Assembly: GCA_976226885.1 (NCBI GenBank)
Contig: OZ320316.1
Location: forward strand, 59,582,001 to 59,646,000
Direction of reading: 5' to 3'
Origin: Iphione sp. A-MEVVRFRX5
Lineage: Eukaryota
DNA: 64,000 nt
Below, piece after piece: positions 39,907 through 54,050 of this stretch. Within the stretch, counting starts at the first letter, position 1. Each line of letters opens with the position of its first letter. The position numbers and the translations under genes are program-made. The notes beneath the pieces were generated by a model, which searched no databases, was not told where the DNA came from, and saw only the letters and a program-made list of their open reading frames with translations.

Positions 39907-42900
39907 CGCTGGTCAACCTCTGCATGCGTTTAGAAGGGGGCGTAGTGGAGTTTTTAGGTCTGTTTTTTTTTAAGTCTAGTTATTAGAGATTGACAAATGT
40001 CTTTTGTGTAACACTTGACTGAGTCATCAAATCAGTTTCCTAAATCAGTAATACATATATATGTATATTTTCATGTAATGTATAACTATTTCATATCGGG
40101 TTCATATGGAATCAAGTACTGTACGATGTTAGTAACTTCCATAGATATAAAACGGAAAGTAGAAATAAGAGTATGGAAAAGATTTGGGAGAGAAATCTTT
40201 TTCCGTCTTGGAACATGAAAAGTTTAAAACAGTTTCAAAAGCTGTTCAATGATAGTAAGAACTACAGATTCGCTGATAATTGTAGAAACACTTGAATCCT
40301 GGGAATAGTTGTTCTGAAGAATAAACGGTGGACCGAAAGCTAGCAACAATAAAAAATGATATTGTGAAAGGGATGAGAGATTTACGTGAAAAAACACAAG
40401 CTTGTGTTGAGATAAGGCTTGATTTCGGATCAAATTTATGTACTAAATCCCTCATGAATAACATTTCTTTCTCGAGTAAAAAGCTTCTTGCACTTGAAGA
40501 TAACTTTCCAGCAATAAAATGTTCCTACCATTAGTCACCGTTTACCTGTTTACTGCTTAGCATTACACTAAATATTGCATACTGTCATGCAACATTCAGT
40601 TTAATCATCACCTAATTAAAACCTCTAAACAGGTCTAAACACCTGAACAGAAATGGAAGCATATCTGAACACAAAATAAGCCCGATGGGCTCAACGCTTT
40701 TTGAGGCTAATGCCTACTAAATAATGAGGTCTTATGAAGAATTACTGGGTATTTTATATATCAGCTATTCATGGTTTAGCAATAGCAGTAGTCGTTGTTA
40801 AGTATTGGTTGTCCGTTTGGTGTAAAGTAGAAGTAACCAGTTCATTTTCACTCTAAGCTGGACACCGGCATCACAGCCTTGGGAAATAACCAACATCGGA
40901 GAGAGGCAGTAGTATGTCGGAAACAGGCTGTAAGTAATAAGAGGAGTTTAAGCAGCAGAGACTGCGCATAACCAAGAAGATGCCTCTCTGCTGTAGGCGG
41001 CGCCACTGAGAACTGCTCGCTCTGGTATGTAGGTCCAGCCGTTCGAGGCGGGGCTGGGATGGCTCTAGGTCCGCCTAGAAGGTGCGACTGACTGTGGTGA
41101 CCGCCTAAAAATTGACTTCATTTGCCAAGGGAGATCTGAAGACGACTTGAGGTGTCGTCGGACTTGTATGTGCCATCCTCAATCTCGAACACCAGCAGGC
41201 CCACAAGGAGCAGTCGTGGATTGGATATACAGGCCGCCAGAGCGCTACCCATTTTTGCCAACAAAAATTACTGTACAAGTTGAACCGAAAATATAAAACT
41301 TTTCCATTTTTTCCATCAACTTTTCTATTTTTCCATTATGGATTTTCCATGTACACATATTTACACTGTCGGATCACCATAGCATGCAGGAAAAACCAGG
41401 ACATAGCATGTACAAACCATGTGTCCGGACATAACACATAACGATGCATAGCAGTGAAGCTAATCAACTGTGGACTGGTTTTTACAGCTACCGATGTATA
41501 TCTGTGATGGCTTGGAGATTGATTTCAACCGCCAGTAGTTATAAACCTAGACCCCCAGGGGCTTCTGACTATTGCAGGTGATACATGTACGTGGAAAGAT
41601 CTTCATGCAGCCCAGTCCAGTAGGCTCCAGGATTTCAAAATAAAGGCTGCGAAAACAGTTGTGTGCATGGAAAGCCCACCTACTGGACGATGTAATATAT
41701 GTACATGTATCAGGAAGATTGATACCGCAACTGTAGTAATAACAACACAAGCACGGTCGACTGAATGAAATTGTCTGACATCGCTCTGATGGAGAGGGGC
41801 CGGGAGGGGGGGATGGGGCTATAGTCATGTGATATGTGATAGCTGGTCAACCGCTGCACACAGCATACCATTCATTTCCACAAGTGGGCCGAGTAGTCGA
41901 TGATTGTTCCAACAACGAGGTGACCCCGACCCTTTTACTGAGCGGCACTGGTGTCTGATGCGCTATGATAATAACACCACACATTTAGGTTATCTGTCAC
42001 TAATGCGCTACTACATGTATATTCTTGAGTGATAAAGTGGCTATCTGCCGGTACTCGCTCATCTCCGCAAGCTTTCTATTCAGTAGACACGCACGATGTA
42101 GCTACCCGCGTGATTTATACGCTCTTTGACGCAGCCTGATACTACTATGTGTGTGTGTATGTGCGACCCATTCAATATGTCGGTAAACTTGGGAATTGTC
42201 ATGTGCGTCATTCTTTTATCTGTCGATGGCCTCAATATCGTGAACATTGCAAGTGCAATAGACGTTTTGTAACACAAAAGGATGGATTCAACCCAGGTTC
42301 TTCGGAATTCTGCTTTATTCTTCTTAGGAGCACATGGTAGTACAGGTACTCTGTGTGGTGGTCAGCTCCCTTCTGGCCAGGGGCCTTTGTTCTCTGTCCC
42401 AGCTCTGTCTCCGGTGCTCTGCGCACACTACCTCGCTGGAGGGGTTCATTTATACTGACCAGGAGTGATGCTAGTCACGCCACCTGAAGGTTTACATTTC
42501 TGGGGGCGTATCCCGCTAGTTGTGGTTGACTACGTTTTCATTTGTTATTGGGCCGTACGCCTCCCGATCAGTTTCATTGATACCCCTCGTCAGGTTCCAC
42601 CTATTGTGTACCTTTGTGCTAAATGTTAATATATGTAAATGAGTATACGCTACGAGATATGTAAATGTAATGGAAGGGCATTGTCTATCACGTACCTTTT
42701 GTACCTGATACTAACGTACGTAAATACATATGCTACACGCTAAACAGAAGGTGAGTGAATAAAACAAAAGGTACATATATACTTCATAAAACACACACTG
42801 TGTTACAGTTTCTTTTTAAATCCGTGTAGAAGTGCTGTACCCGTTCCTTCAAATTCTCACAGATATCGAGTTTATAGCGCAAAATTTGAAAATATCTATA

Positions 42901-45900
42901 CTCATTAGAATTGATCCTGATTTCACGATACTTTCCAAGTTGTGAACTCCCAAGATGAAACCTGCTCATATGTTCTTGGTGTGCCTTTTCAGTTGACTCT
43001 TCAACATGGTATGTTTATAATGTTGTTTATTCGGAGTTCGATTACAAGCAAAGACCCTTGGATAGAGTACACTGTGCGCTGAACACATACACTGACCTTA
43101 GACCTTGCACATCGTCGACCTTTCGGCCTACACTCCTCTCGAGTTGGTAGCCAGGGTCAAATATGCAAAAAAAATAAAAATAAAAATGAATAGAATAAAA
43201 GCTCAGCAGAAGTGAACTTGAATGATTCTGAGGGATGGGCGGCCGATATAGAGCCGCTGTCGACATCGTGGTCAGGTGCATGTTTTGCTGGCCAAGGTCA
43301 GAACAGGATGCCTTCTCCGCATGATGTGCCTAATGCCAGCGGGATCACACCAATCGTATCGGGCTTGATCGATGCCCGGACTTCCACTGGTCACCGAGGT
43401 CATCGGTGTCCATGGTAACCATATCACTAGGGTAACGGATGGTGACGATTATGTTGGCGCTGTCTGTATGGCGAACGGATTAGTGACCCCTCTGGAGCCC
43501 CTAACCACGAACCGCCAGTGCTGTCCACCTTAGCCCAGCCAGAGACAAATGCTATGCATTAGTGTCGCGGCACTCTCCACGAGGACACAGCGACCTCCTC
43601 GCATTCTTCCGCTCTAGCCTCCTGCGAGCCAGTTCTCATCGTAGCTGCGGCATCTGACGCTTAATAAGTGAACTGTCTGTGCTGCGGTGACGAAGTAGGG
43701 ATTCTACTGACCACGCGACGGACCAGCGGAGCCAAGTCCACTTAAGAAGCGCCACCTTAAAACACCCTCAAGGATAACCGATGCTTTGACTTCCCTGACT
43801 TCATCAGCATGTGGCCGCTCAACGCGGTAGACTTGTAGACACGCCACCCTCGTATAGGAGGACTACAAGTAGTGGACTAGAACAGCAACTGCAATTACCA
43901 TTGCCACCCATTACCTTGGCAACCGCACGCCCGTGGAGAAGGTGCTGTCAGATAGTGTTCAATAGTCGTCGTTCTGTCTCGAAGAATTCTTTGCAATTTT
44001 CATTCCCTCTCAGTAAATCGACATGAAGTAAACAACCAGTCCCGCAACCAGTTTACCCTCTGTGTAGCACGTACATATGGCGAGGCTTCCTGCTTGATGG
44101 AACCAATGCACTAATAACTACCTTGTTCGACCTGAAACAGTAGAAAAGCAGCCCTGTCTGGGTGCCACAGCTGCTTGCTGGTCCACATGCCAGCAGGGCA
44201 GCGGGAAAAAAAAAAGAAAAAAAAGCCAGAAAAAACGGATCCCCTTCCTTGCGCTTCTCATTCCTATGCCACTGTGGCCTACTCGGGATATTGTCAGAAC
44301 AAACCCCGGGCACGCACTAAAATGACATCTGAGGGGCAAATGCGTATTGGCTTCGGAGATGATATTCGTGCTGGCAGAGTAGCTTAGGCGAAGTAACACT
44401 GGATGGAGATAGACGCGAGACCCCTTGTGTATTTAAGGCAGAATTGGCTGTTTGGGAAGTACTGGTATACCCACGTCTTTTGCTTTAATTCAGACGTAGG
44501 CAGGTATCGAGTTTTAGTACCCAATCCACTGTTTCAACAATATTTTCCGGCATGTGTCGACCGAGTTTCCGCCTAGCCATGGTTACTGGGCATCTCACGT
44601 CTTTGCGAAACACGTTCTGGCAGTAATTAGTCGAATGAATATGGAGGGAGTTTTGTCATTCACTACAACTGCTGCTTCAATACCGGCTACAACCCCCTGT
44701 CGTCTTGTCCAATGGATGTCTTTTGGCCGCCCACCTAACAACAGCACAGTTGTGGAAGGCGAAAAGAAAAGCACAAAACTGTATCTCTAATTGACTTTTT
44801 CCACTAATCATTAAGAGATCGGCTGGTAATTACGTTGGAGGCAAACGTAATCTCTGCGATCTGCCAACATAACAGAATTTTGTAATTTTAATACCTGTAG
44901 TTGTGATTCTGTCATAAGTTGTTCTGAACAGTTCGCTATAGCTCATTGCCATAATGAATCCCTAGGGAGTGTGCGAGATGTAGTGCTTTGTAATACTTTA
45001 CATTCATCCATACCAGTTGCCAGTTGGAACGGGAAGGACTCCGGTAACGTCCCAGCGTATATAATTTCTGGCTGTCTTGTCCGTGTTATCTAAACCCGGT
45101 ATAACGCTTATATTGCAAGCTGTCAACAAGCTGGAACGCTCCAATCATTAAATTCCTACGCAAACTATATTGAGCGTTGGATTTTAAAAGTGTATATATG
45201 GAGAGTTCAAACTAATCAGTTTAATTGCATGATCATAATGTAATATATGTTGTATATATATGTACGTATATATGCACATGTACATGTATGTCAGCGGGAC
45301 AGTGTGGTATGTACCTTGCATTATTAGGAATTGCGAGCTAACATCTTGAGTTAAGCGTTGCCGTTATATCTAATACATCCTACAAATGAGGGTTATAGAA
45401 ATACATGTACATTTTTGACTACATTTTAGTGAGTGCACTAGTTCAAGTGATGTAATTATGTGCGTCTGCTCATCGTGGCGAATCGCCCGTTGGTATTGTT
45501 GCTCTGCATCTGCTTGTCATCATGCTGGCGGCTAGATTTCCATATAAAAATATCTAATTCTCTCCTGAAATATGCAACAATATAAATGCCGCATGACCCT
45601 TGGCTTTGAATGTGTCAGGTTAGTTTTCTTTTCGAACTTTAGCCATGTCGGGAGCTTTACATACCACACCCACGTCTTCCCAATATGGTCTCCCGTTGTG
45701 CGACATAGTATGTTCTTGTATCATTAAGGGTATACATATCTTCAAGCTCAGCCCATTAGATATGGATGACACACTTGGCTGTGGCTTCTGTATTGCATGT
45801 GGCCTCGTGCCCACCCGGTCAGTCCTGTTAGTAGTACAGGGAATCAGGGGCCACGGTCGCACCATGACGAGACGAGCCTTGGCGGGTCCGGGAGGGGGGG

Positions 45901-46018
45901 GGGTGCGGGGGATGGGGGGGCGCCTCCGAGGTTTGGTCAGCGTAAGAGAGTGGAGGAAGAGGATTACTTTAGAACTGACCCTGGGGTTAGTAGGGCACGC
46001 TGACGATCGTCAGGGGGC

Positions 46019-46019
<1 letters not shown>

Positions 46020-46061
<42 letters not shown>

Positions 46062-46068
46062 AACACAC
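46020..46068. repeat. (AC)18 microsatellite with degenerate tail
   Basis: Read directly. Confidence 0.97.
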
Positions 46069-47640
46069 GCAAATAAACGAGGCCACTTGGCCATTGAAAC
46101 GAGCTGGTAGACTACGGGCCACCGCCGCTGGTTTCTGGCTGTCTTGATTCTACACGAATGATCAGGAGGTGTAACGCATACAACCCATACAACATGGTTG
46201 TGTGTTAGGGGTGATGGTGGGCGTTAAGGTACAGCAGAAACGCATTATCCAAACACTGTTGATTAATCAAGAGCAGAAACTCTTCATCTGTGAGTGTGAA
46301 ACTTGGTAGGCGAAAAGTTGTAAGTAGATGAAATTTCAGAAAAGAATTCCACTGCATAATACGTAAGGATGCATGCATTTAGGCATCCTAATCATGCACT
46401 TCCATCGTATGTCAATACATTGGGAAGTTTATACCGATCGTTGGCCGTGATATCATGCCCGCATGGTCATCAAACAGTGGCCGCCATCTTGGCCTGAACG
46501 ACATTAGTGTTTCACGGGGTTTACTCCAGGTGATGCCTTACCGTACACAGCCACACTGCACCTGTTATGTCGATGACCTTTATGTTCATCACAAAACATT
46601 TCACAGACGTGAACGATAACCAGCTCCCGTGGCAAAGATCGATGTTAGACCGTAGTCAGGATGGCCACACCACAGGCCATTACCTCCCGGCGTTTATAGT
46701 CGCAGGAGAAATAGAAGGGCCTAATTGTTTCACATAAATATCGTTATTGTGAAAGTTGTCGACGTCGCCCACATGGCATTCATTGATAATGTTTTCATAT
46801 TCGGTTGAACCACTAGATGAAATGCATAAAAACAGCGGCGCTTAGTTTTATTGATTGCTGCTGTAAAACACGTTTGCTCTATCGAAGTACGAGCTGCTTC
46901 AGACAGCATAATTCGTCATTTTTGCAATAGAGGCTAAATATAATGTGATGGTAACAATGCAAGCTCTTTATGCCATTAAGAATATTGTAAATAATGTATA
47001 AGTGTTATATTTCACGTAACCGTATTTGTTTTGTTATCACTTTGGTAATTCATTTACCCTTAGACACTGTACATTGTTAAGAATCTGACACGGTAGGATC
47101 GGTGTCAGATGGTTTGCTTGTCGCATCTAGCTCCTGGCAAGCAGGCTGGAGAATTGCCAAGCTCCACTGAAGAAGTTACATATGTAGGGGTACTGTCGAG
47201 CGTCTAGTTTACCTTGTCCCTGACGCCCACCCTCCACATCCTCTTGTACTTCTCTACTACAAAGCCGACGGAAGTGAGGACCTCAGCGCGGCTGATGTTA
47301 GATTTTATAGACGCACTTCTCCCGGGAAGCGTGCCAATTCTGCCGTAAAATGAGTCCCTTTGGCAAAGGTCATAAGCGGATCGGTAGGTCGGAGAGGGTT
47401 TAGAAAGAGTAGTAGGTATCATTCTAGCTTAGTCATTCAAGGTGGAGTTCTCGGCGCTGTTTTCGTGTAGCCTCATTAGAAAGTGGGTTCTTGGAGATAA
47501 AAAAAAAAGTTTTTGTATAAAATACATAAGAATCACGTAAAAGCCTTTAGAGGAGAAAAGATCCCTAGATTTTCAAATCATTCTTTAGTCACTTGAGATT
47601 CGAAATTCTCCGTTACATGTAGATATGCTGTACCTACTGC

Positions 47641-47722
47641 ATACGTTTAGAACAAGAAAAACAACCACAAAAACACTGAGATACATTTAGAACAAGGAAA
47701 ACAAGAAAAAATTGAAATACAT
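47641..47722. repeat. Two-copy 40-bp tandem repeat
   Basis: ATACGTTTAGAACAAGAAAAACAA at 47641 and ATACATTTAGAACAAGGAAAACAA at 47681. Confidence 0.8.
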
Positions 47723-50700
47723 AGTATTGTGACGCGAAATTGCTAGGTCAAAGTGAAGGAAAGCTGGGTTTAAAACCTTGAGTTGGACATTTTCGCTTGA
47801 ACAAAGTCTCCGGCGGTCTGCCCTGCACTGGTTTAAATTTAACTATTGATCCGAGCTGGATCTCGTGATAGTACGTACCACAGGCGCAGCCTTACAATAC
47901 TACATTTGCTGTTCTCCACCCGTGTAGTAGAAGTGACCGGGTCTACTGAACAGTAGTCCGATTTATTTTCAGTGTTAGACATACATTGTCCCTTTTTTCT
48001 CAAGAGAAAAACCTTACAGCTACGCGAGGCTCGGCTCGACATTGAATGTGATTCGTTAAAGGTGTGTAATTCTGTTTTGTGCAATCACATTCTCTAAATA
48101 TGTCCATTTCTATAATGTAGGGATTCATCTTCGATGTTAGCACACAAAGCTGATTTACCATGCAGCAACAGTAGCTGCAGCAATACTGATAAATCACACC
48201 ACTCAATCATCTTCTGTTTCCGTACATACTATTTGCTGACATAAAGCCGTACAAACAGACCTGCTTTGTGATATGGACCTTTGTAAAATATAGAAAGAAG
48301 GACATTCCAGCAATTGTACCAGGTGCCCATTTAGAGTCTATTTTAAGTGCGTATGGCGGAGCTGTTTATGTTCTAGTCCTAGTCGACTGGGTCCCATGAA
48401 AGCCTGACTTTTCCGGACACAAGCATCGCCAGAAAACATCTCGTCCATTAGAGATGTAATTAGACGCTTTAGTCCCGAACTGTAGGAGGGAACATTTCGT
48501 GCTGCGAGCGCTGCCAAGTACAAGTTAAATTCTGTCGGTGATATGGTTATTTCCGATGATGGCCAACATCACTCAAATCGAAAGTGACGGACTGTTCATA
48601 GATAAGGAATTACCGCCATATAGAAATGGAAGACTCGCCATGTACAAATACATGTAGCCATTGCTACGGAGAAATTAAAGAAAGTGAAGGAAATTTCTGT
48701 TGAGCTTTCTAGTATCCTAAATTAGGCACTTCACATTTATGAAATCGCCATTACCTATAGCAGTGTTCTTACACTAGATCTAGTTTCCCTTCTGATTCAT
48801 GTAGAAGTACAGCATTTCACACACCGTGTATTAATAATAGAATCACCGTTTTATAAACTGAGAAGGGCACACTTGTGTCACCTGTACACCACTCTTTTTT
48901 TTCACGCCAGTGCAAATTAACACAACAATACCTGGAAATGGAAAAGTTGGCCAGATCCACGATGATATTAATGTAATATGCCATCACGTCGAGGAGGGAT
49001 GGGGGTGGGGGGATAAAGTAAAAAAGCAACGGCAGATGAGAACGCAACAGACAAAATTGATCCTTCCCGCTATCCTCCTGAGGGAGACCGTAGTCCCGAG
49101 CTGGGATCGGCCACTGTCTAACGACCAGAATGATGGTCCATAAATGGAATTCCGACATTATTTTATTGGATAATGAATGTTGGGAATGTTGCGGTGGCCC
49201 TTGGCTCACCTCCATGCTAGAGATGCCCACGGTTGCCAGGTTGCCGCCATGCTACGTCTTTAATTTGACTAATTTATACGACATTTAGGAGCCATCCAGG
49301 CCCAGCATGAATAAGGGGCTCTAGTAATGTAGTTTTCCATGAAAGCCGGGGCCTGTTTAAGGCCCACGGACGGGAATGATGACCGCCCCAACAGAGGCCG
49401 GCTTCAAGCTGACTCGCCAGCTTTACGAGCGGCGTGGCTGATTCCAGCCTGCAAGAAGACAGACAAGGGACTGATTTGCAGGGGAGATGGCATGTCTAAT
49501 GAGACGAGGGTTAATCGTCCACCCGGAGTGCCACCCCCTCCTCCAGTAGCGGTGTCGGCCATCCTGCTGTATTCAATAAAGCGCCCCCCCCCCAAAAAAA
49601 TAAAATAAAATAGAATAAAAAATTAAATGTTAGGAAATGTGAAGGAAACCACTAGTTGCAATAGAGGCTCGACCAGGCGGGTACTTTAATGACCTGCCGC
49701 CTCCTTCCTGGACCTTCCTGGAATCCTGTCCCTCGGTGCAGTGGCAGATTCCTGCTTCTCTCTTGTGCTGTTTTATATGCGTACCAGTATTCTCTTTGGT
49801 CGATGCATCAATTGTATGAACGTTTTGTCTGGCATGACGAGGGCGGGGACAAATTTACAATGTGTCACTCTTATCATTTACATTAGGTGCTGTCCTATCA
49901 TTCTTCAAATCGATGTTAATTTTATCACTGCCCTAGATACCCGCCTCCCGTGTGTTGGTGTGATGATGATTTGTTGAGCTAGTGATAGCATAGCGCACAC
50001 CTTTTACGCGAGGCGCTTTCTTATATTCTGGAGTCAAAAATAATACAGGTAGACACCCGAGTCGAGACGAAAGGTACCACACGGTCGCGCCCCCTTGCGT
50101 CGCTCGGCCTTTTGTTTCCATTCCTCGGCAGCAGCTGTAGGTCTCCTCAGTTAACCTACACTCTCCTCAGGGCCTCCAGTGTATACCCTGGATTGCCCCG
50201 AGGGGGCACCAAACTCTTAAGTTTTAACTCACCTTGATCCCTTTTTATACCGTCAAAAAACACTCCTGCCCCCCAGAAAACTTGTATAACTGCCTAGAAG
50301 ATGTCTTTGGTCATGTGCTCGTGATCAGAGTATGCGCTTTATATGAAATTTTATCGCCTCGATGTTTCCTGTCACTTGAGAAACACTCTATCCTTATCAA
50401 AATCATACATTTATTGCTACTGCGTATGCTTTTATCTCATGCCCAGCAGAGAGCTCGTGAATCTAATGAAAAAAATAATACTAGTTGATAGCATCGTAAC
50501 TTTACAGAAGCCATACAGAGATACGCACTGGATTTACCCCACAGAAGGTTCAACTCGCCATCTCCTGTTTTATTACCTGGGCTAAAGTTCTCTTTTTTTT
50601 CTCGCTTAAGTTATTGTTGGAGTTATTGTCTCCCTTTATATTGTTTTTTTATTTTGCAATACTTACACAAGAAGCGCAAATAATCGCATCTATGACACAC

Positions 50701-51344
50701 TAATATGTATATTGGATGACTTATTTGGCAAGGTCAGAGGACTATTTCTGTTACGATACAACATATAAAAACAATCTGGCAATGTTTGGATTGTTACTGC
50801 CTGCATATTGTGCTCGCTTTCCATACCATGGCAAATTTCAGCTCATGGTTCTGGCTAGAAGCCAACCGGGACACCTACAACACCACAGACTGCATAGGCA
50901 GAGTGGCATGTTGTTGCTGCATCTGCTGCGCTGACCTACTCCTCTGGAGGTTTTGTAGCCGGCGTCAACCTCGAGATGTTTTCCTGACTTCTTGTGTGGT
51001 ATCTGCGATGACACCACGTAAAACTCACGGAATGTACAGTCATGAAACGGTTGACATGCTCCCACCGCCATTTTGAACGATCGATTTACCTGTGCCTTTT
51101 CCCATCAGAAGCCAAATACCACTAAGTACGGTGCAGTCTGCTGTGTGCGTGTATGTGTGTGTGTACGCCTCGGAACTGGGAAGCCTACAGTTGGTGTACA
51201 CCTACCGGCAACCCAGAGCAGCAGGTGATAGGTCGGCAGCTGCTGCAGCTGCTGGAAACTGCGTGCAGGCATTGGCCAACTGAATGAATGGCGGGAGGCG
51301 TGGCACACGGAAGACAGCCGGTGGCTAGAGTGGCATCCTCCGCC

Positions 51345-51456
51345 TACGTCATCACTTGTTTACCCCGGCCCCTGCGCTGACGCTGTAAGGGGCGGGGGAT
51401 GACCCAACCGAGGCGCAGGCGTCACTGGCTCGACGTCATCAGTGCTGTGACGTCAC
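51345..51456. promoter_or_regulatory. Clustered CRE/ATF sites with Fox and GC-box motifs (candidate enhancer)
   Basis: CGTCA/TGACG cores at 51347, 51378, 51420 and 51434; full TGACGTCA at 51448-55; TGTTTAC 51357-63; GGGGCGGGGG 51389-98. Confidence 0.5.
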
Positions 51457-52970
51457 TGGGCCTCATGGATCCACGGCACAAATGTGGTGCTGGCTGGCGG
51501 GTAGTACGGAAACCCTCTGACGAACGAAGTGGAGTGGAGATACTGCAGCCATCTAGGCAATGAATTCGTATGTGCAGGAAACTCCCTGCAGGCCAGCTCT
51601 GTGCTTCCAGAAACCACCGGATGCAGAAGGTACAATGCCCTCTGTATGTGCCTATGTTATATACGTAATGTATGACATGAGTTTATCTCATATCGAACAC
51701 GTATGGCATGCTGAATGCTTTCACTCGTCTGTGATAAGTGCTGGCCACGCCCTACATGGACGTCGGATGCCGACGGACATCAGCCAGGCAGCAGCCCTCA
51801 CCATGCTCACTGTGTCCTCTGCAACAGCACTGCTTACTGGCCCTCATACCCAGACTGCAGCCCAGCAGTACGCAAACAGGTCTTCTCCGTCTGCCTTCCT
51901 GTCCCTATCAATTGTGTTGCCTCGTTAGGCAGCTTAATGACCTCCCAGAAAATGCATGGGGATCTCAGAGCTTCGGTAGAAATGTACGAGTCAGCTAGGA
52001 GGAGAGGAAGATATACATTGTACTCTATTTAATCAAAGGAATAGCAACGTGAGCCAGGGCATTTCTCCCTTCCTGTGTCAATGTGTGAATGATTGTTTTA
52101 GCAGCATTGCATATGAACATGAACGGTGTTCAATCGATTTCTCGTGCTGGGTGGCCAGGGCTAATTGGAATCAATCCAAGGACAGATGGCCTAATGAGCA
52201 GTCTGTCCACGAATGCTCTGTTCCCGTGTCATTAGTGTGCATGTGGACGGATTTCAGCGAATCTAAGCGTTCAGGCACTTCTGATTAGCGTTATAAACGG
52301 GAGCCATGGCATCGGCATTGGCCGCTGAATCGGCCGTCACCTGGTTTGACCTGATGGGTCTTGATCGGCACACGAGCGCCGGGTCGATCAATACGTGCCG
52401 GTGTGGGGGCGGGGCGCAGCTGCCTTGAGCTGAAGGGCAGACCTGCCGGGAATGCACTGCGCCTTCTGCTCGAAAGCTTCTCCTCTTAGTCGCTCCGCGG
52501 CGCTATCGTACAGACATGGTACTAGAACCAACGGTAAAAATAAAAGGGGTTGAGATAAATAATCGGGATATTTACTGGATGCCTAATTGTGTACAGGAGC
52601 TTGCGGCTTTACTGTATCATAAAACGTCGATGAAGGTTATTTTGGGTAAATACCTTTCCAACTCAAAAACATTTATAGCCAATCAAGAATGTACACGTTG
52701 AGTGTAGACGTGGATGTAAAAACAAGTCTTTCCCATAAACATGACAGCTCTTTGGGAATAAATATAAGAAGGCTACATTCCTGGATTTCTTATCCTTGAC
52801 GATATGAACGTAAATGTGAGACTGAGGCATTGCTGACTGATAGATTTGTTAACGCAGCCCAATAGAAGGAGTCGGGCGTGATAGTTTGCACGTAACAAGG
52901 CAAGAACCAAATATTTTTGTCTCAAACAAGCACAAATTTTCATCTTTTCAAAAAAGGCACATACGAGCCC

Positions 52971-53127
52971 NNNNNNNNNNNNNNNNNNNNNNNNNNNNNN
53001 NNNNNNNNNNNNNNNNNNNNNNNNNNNNNNNNNNNNNNNNNNNNNNNNNNNNNNNNNNNNNNNNNNNNNNNNNNNNNNNNNNNNNNNNNNNNNNNNNNNN
53101 NNNNNNNNNNNNNNNNNNNNNNNNNNN
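52971..53127. other. Assembly gap or masked run (157 N)
   Basis: Run of N. Confidence 0.99.
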
Positions 53128-54003
53128 GCAGAATTCTCGAAACAGTTTTTAAAATAGCTGAACTTTTTGCCGAGGAAAGCCGTAGTTGAAAAAAAGAATA
53201 CGCTGGAAAAGAACCAGAAATGGGGACCACACTTGGCACCAGCCTAGTATTTTATGTACATGTAGTACATAAACTTTGTCCTTGAATTTTTCCCTCGGTG
53301 AGTCATATGTGCACTTCATATTTATAGAGCCAGTTTACCTGGTTTGACATGCGACCCAACAATGTACATCATGGTCTACCTGATTTTGACTGCAGAGGCC
53401 AAAGTAGTCATTTTGATATGATAAACACAGACCAGCATTGGTCCCAAACGCAACCCTACACCACTCACCCCACCTCCCCCTAGAAATTACTGTAAGCAAA
53501 AAGGATTTGAAACGGTTCTTTACCAATATGCAGGTTTAGTGTTGGTTAGAGATAATCCTCATTAAAGATCAGCTTAGACTAATTTAGAGGAAAGCTTCTT
53601 TGTAAACGTTTCGATAGTCGCCCGATAGGTATGCTGAAGATTTGCAAAAGCTTGTGATTATATATATTTCAAACAAATAAAAGACCGCTGCTGATATTTA
53701 TAGGCTGCTAACTCTTCTTCTCAATCAGTCTTTGCGAAGGTTATTAACGTATGTGCCAACAGCAGTGCTCTTGATTCCAAGCATCTGGTTCTGCAGTTCG
53801 GATTGAGAGGTCTCCCTCTCATAGGCTCACCGTATCGGAATTGATCCTAGCCATTTCACGGTACGGTGCACGTTATTAGCATTAGGGGCCTCTTGGGCCT
53901 GTGTGCATCTACAAAGAATATAGTGGACACGAAGGGAAATGCATCTTTAAAAAAAAATAAGGTACGTGTAGTTCACAGAGCATGTACATGACTATATAGT
54001 TAA

Positions 54004-54005
54004 AC

Positions 54006-54047
<42 letters not shown>

Positions 54048-54050
54048 GCA
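54004..54050. repeat. (CA)17 microsatellite
   Basis: Read directly; pure core 54011-54044. Confidence 0.97.

Noticed and set aside
40100-40534. Possible degenerate L1/Tx1 3' fragment (KIWERNLFPSWNMKSLKQFQKLF...; LMNNISFSSKKLL)
   Set aside because: The resemblance is weak, broken by stops, and lacks the diagnostic CxxC..ET..H motif. It needs BLASTX or RepeatMasker.
40315-41165. Other CTGANGA motifs (40314 CTGAAGA..GAAA; 41136 CTGAAGA-CGAC..GTCG) as further hammerheads
   Set aside because: The first lacks a stem II closing pair and the second lacks GAAA after the stem; no stems I/III were found.
46000-47110. 14-bp palindrome CTGACGATCGTCAG (46000-46013) and 9-bp stem ATCTGACAC/GTGTCAGAT (47083-47110)
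   Set aside because: A few of each are expected by chance in 64 kb, and there is no supporting context.
3970-50735. About nine AAGGTCA/TGACCTT half-sites that might be ERR autoregulatory elements
   Set aside because: About eight are expected by chance in 64 kb on two strands. I saw no perfect TCAAGGTCA and no clustering.
14344-53127. Five N-runs of similar size (130-165 nt) that might hide exons or one repeat family
   Set aside because: The ERR exons join in frame at conserved lengths, so no hidden exon is needed. The flanks share no visible sequence, and the content cannot be known.
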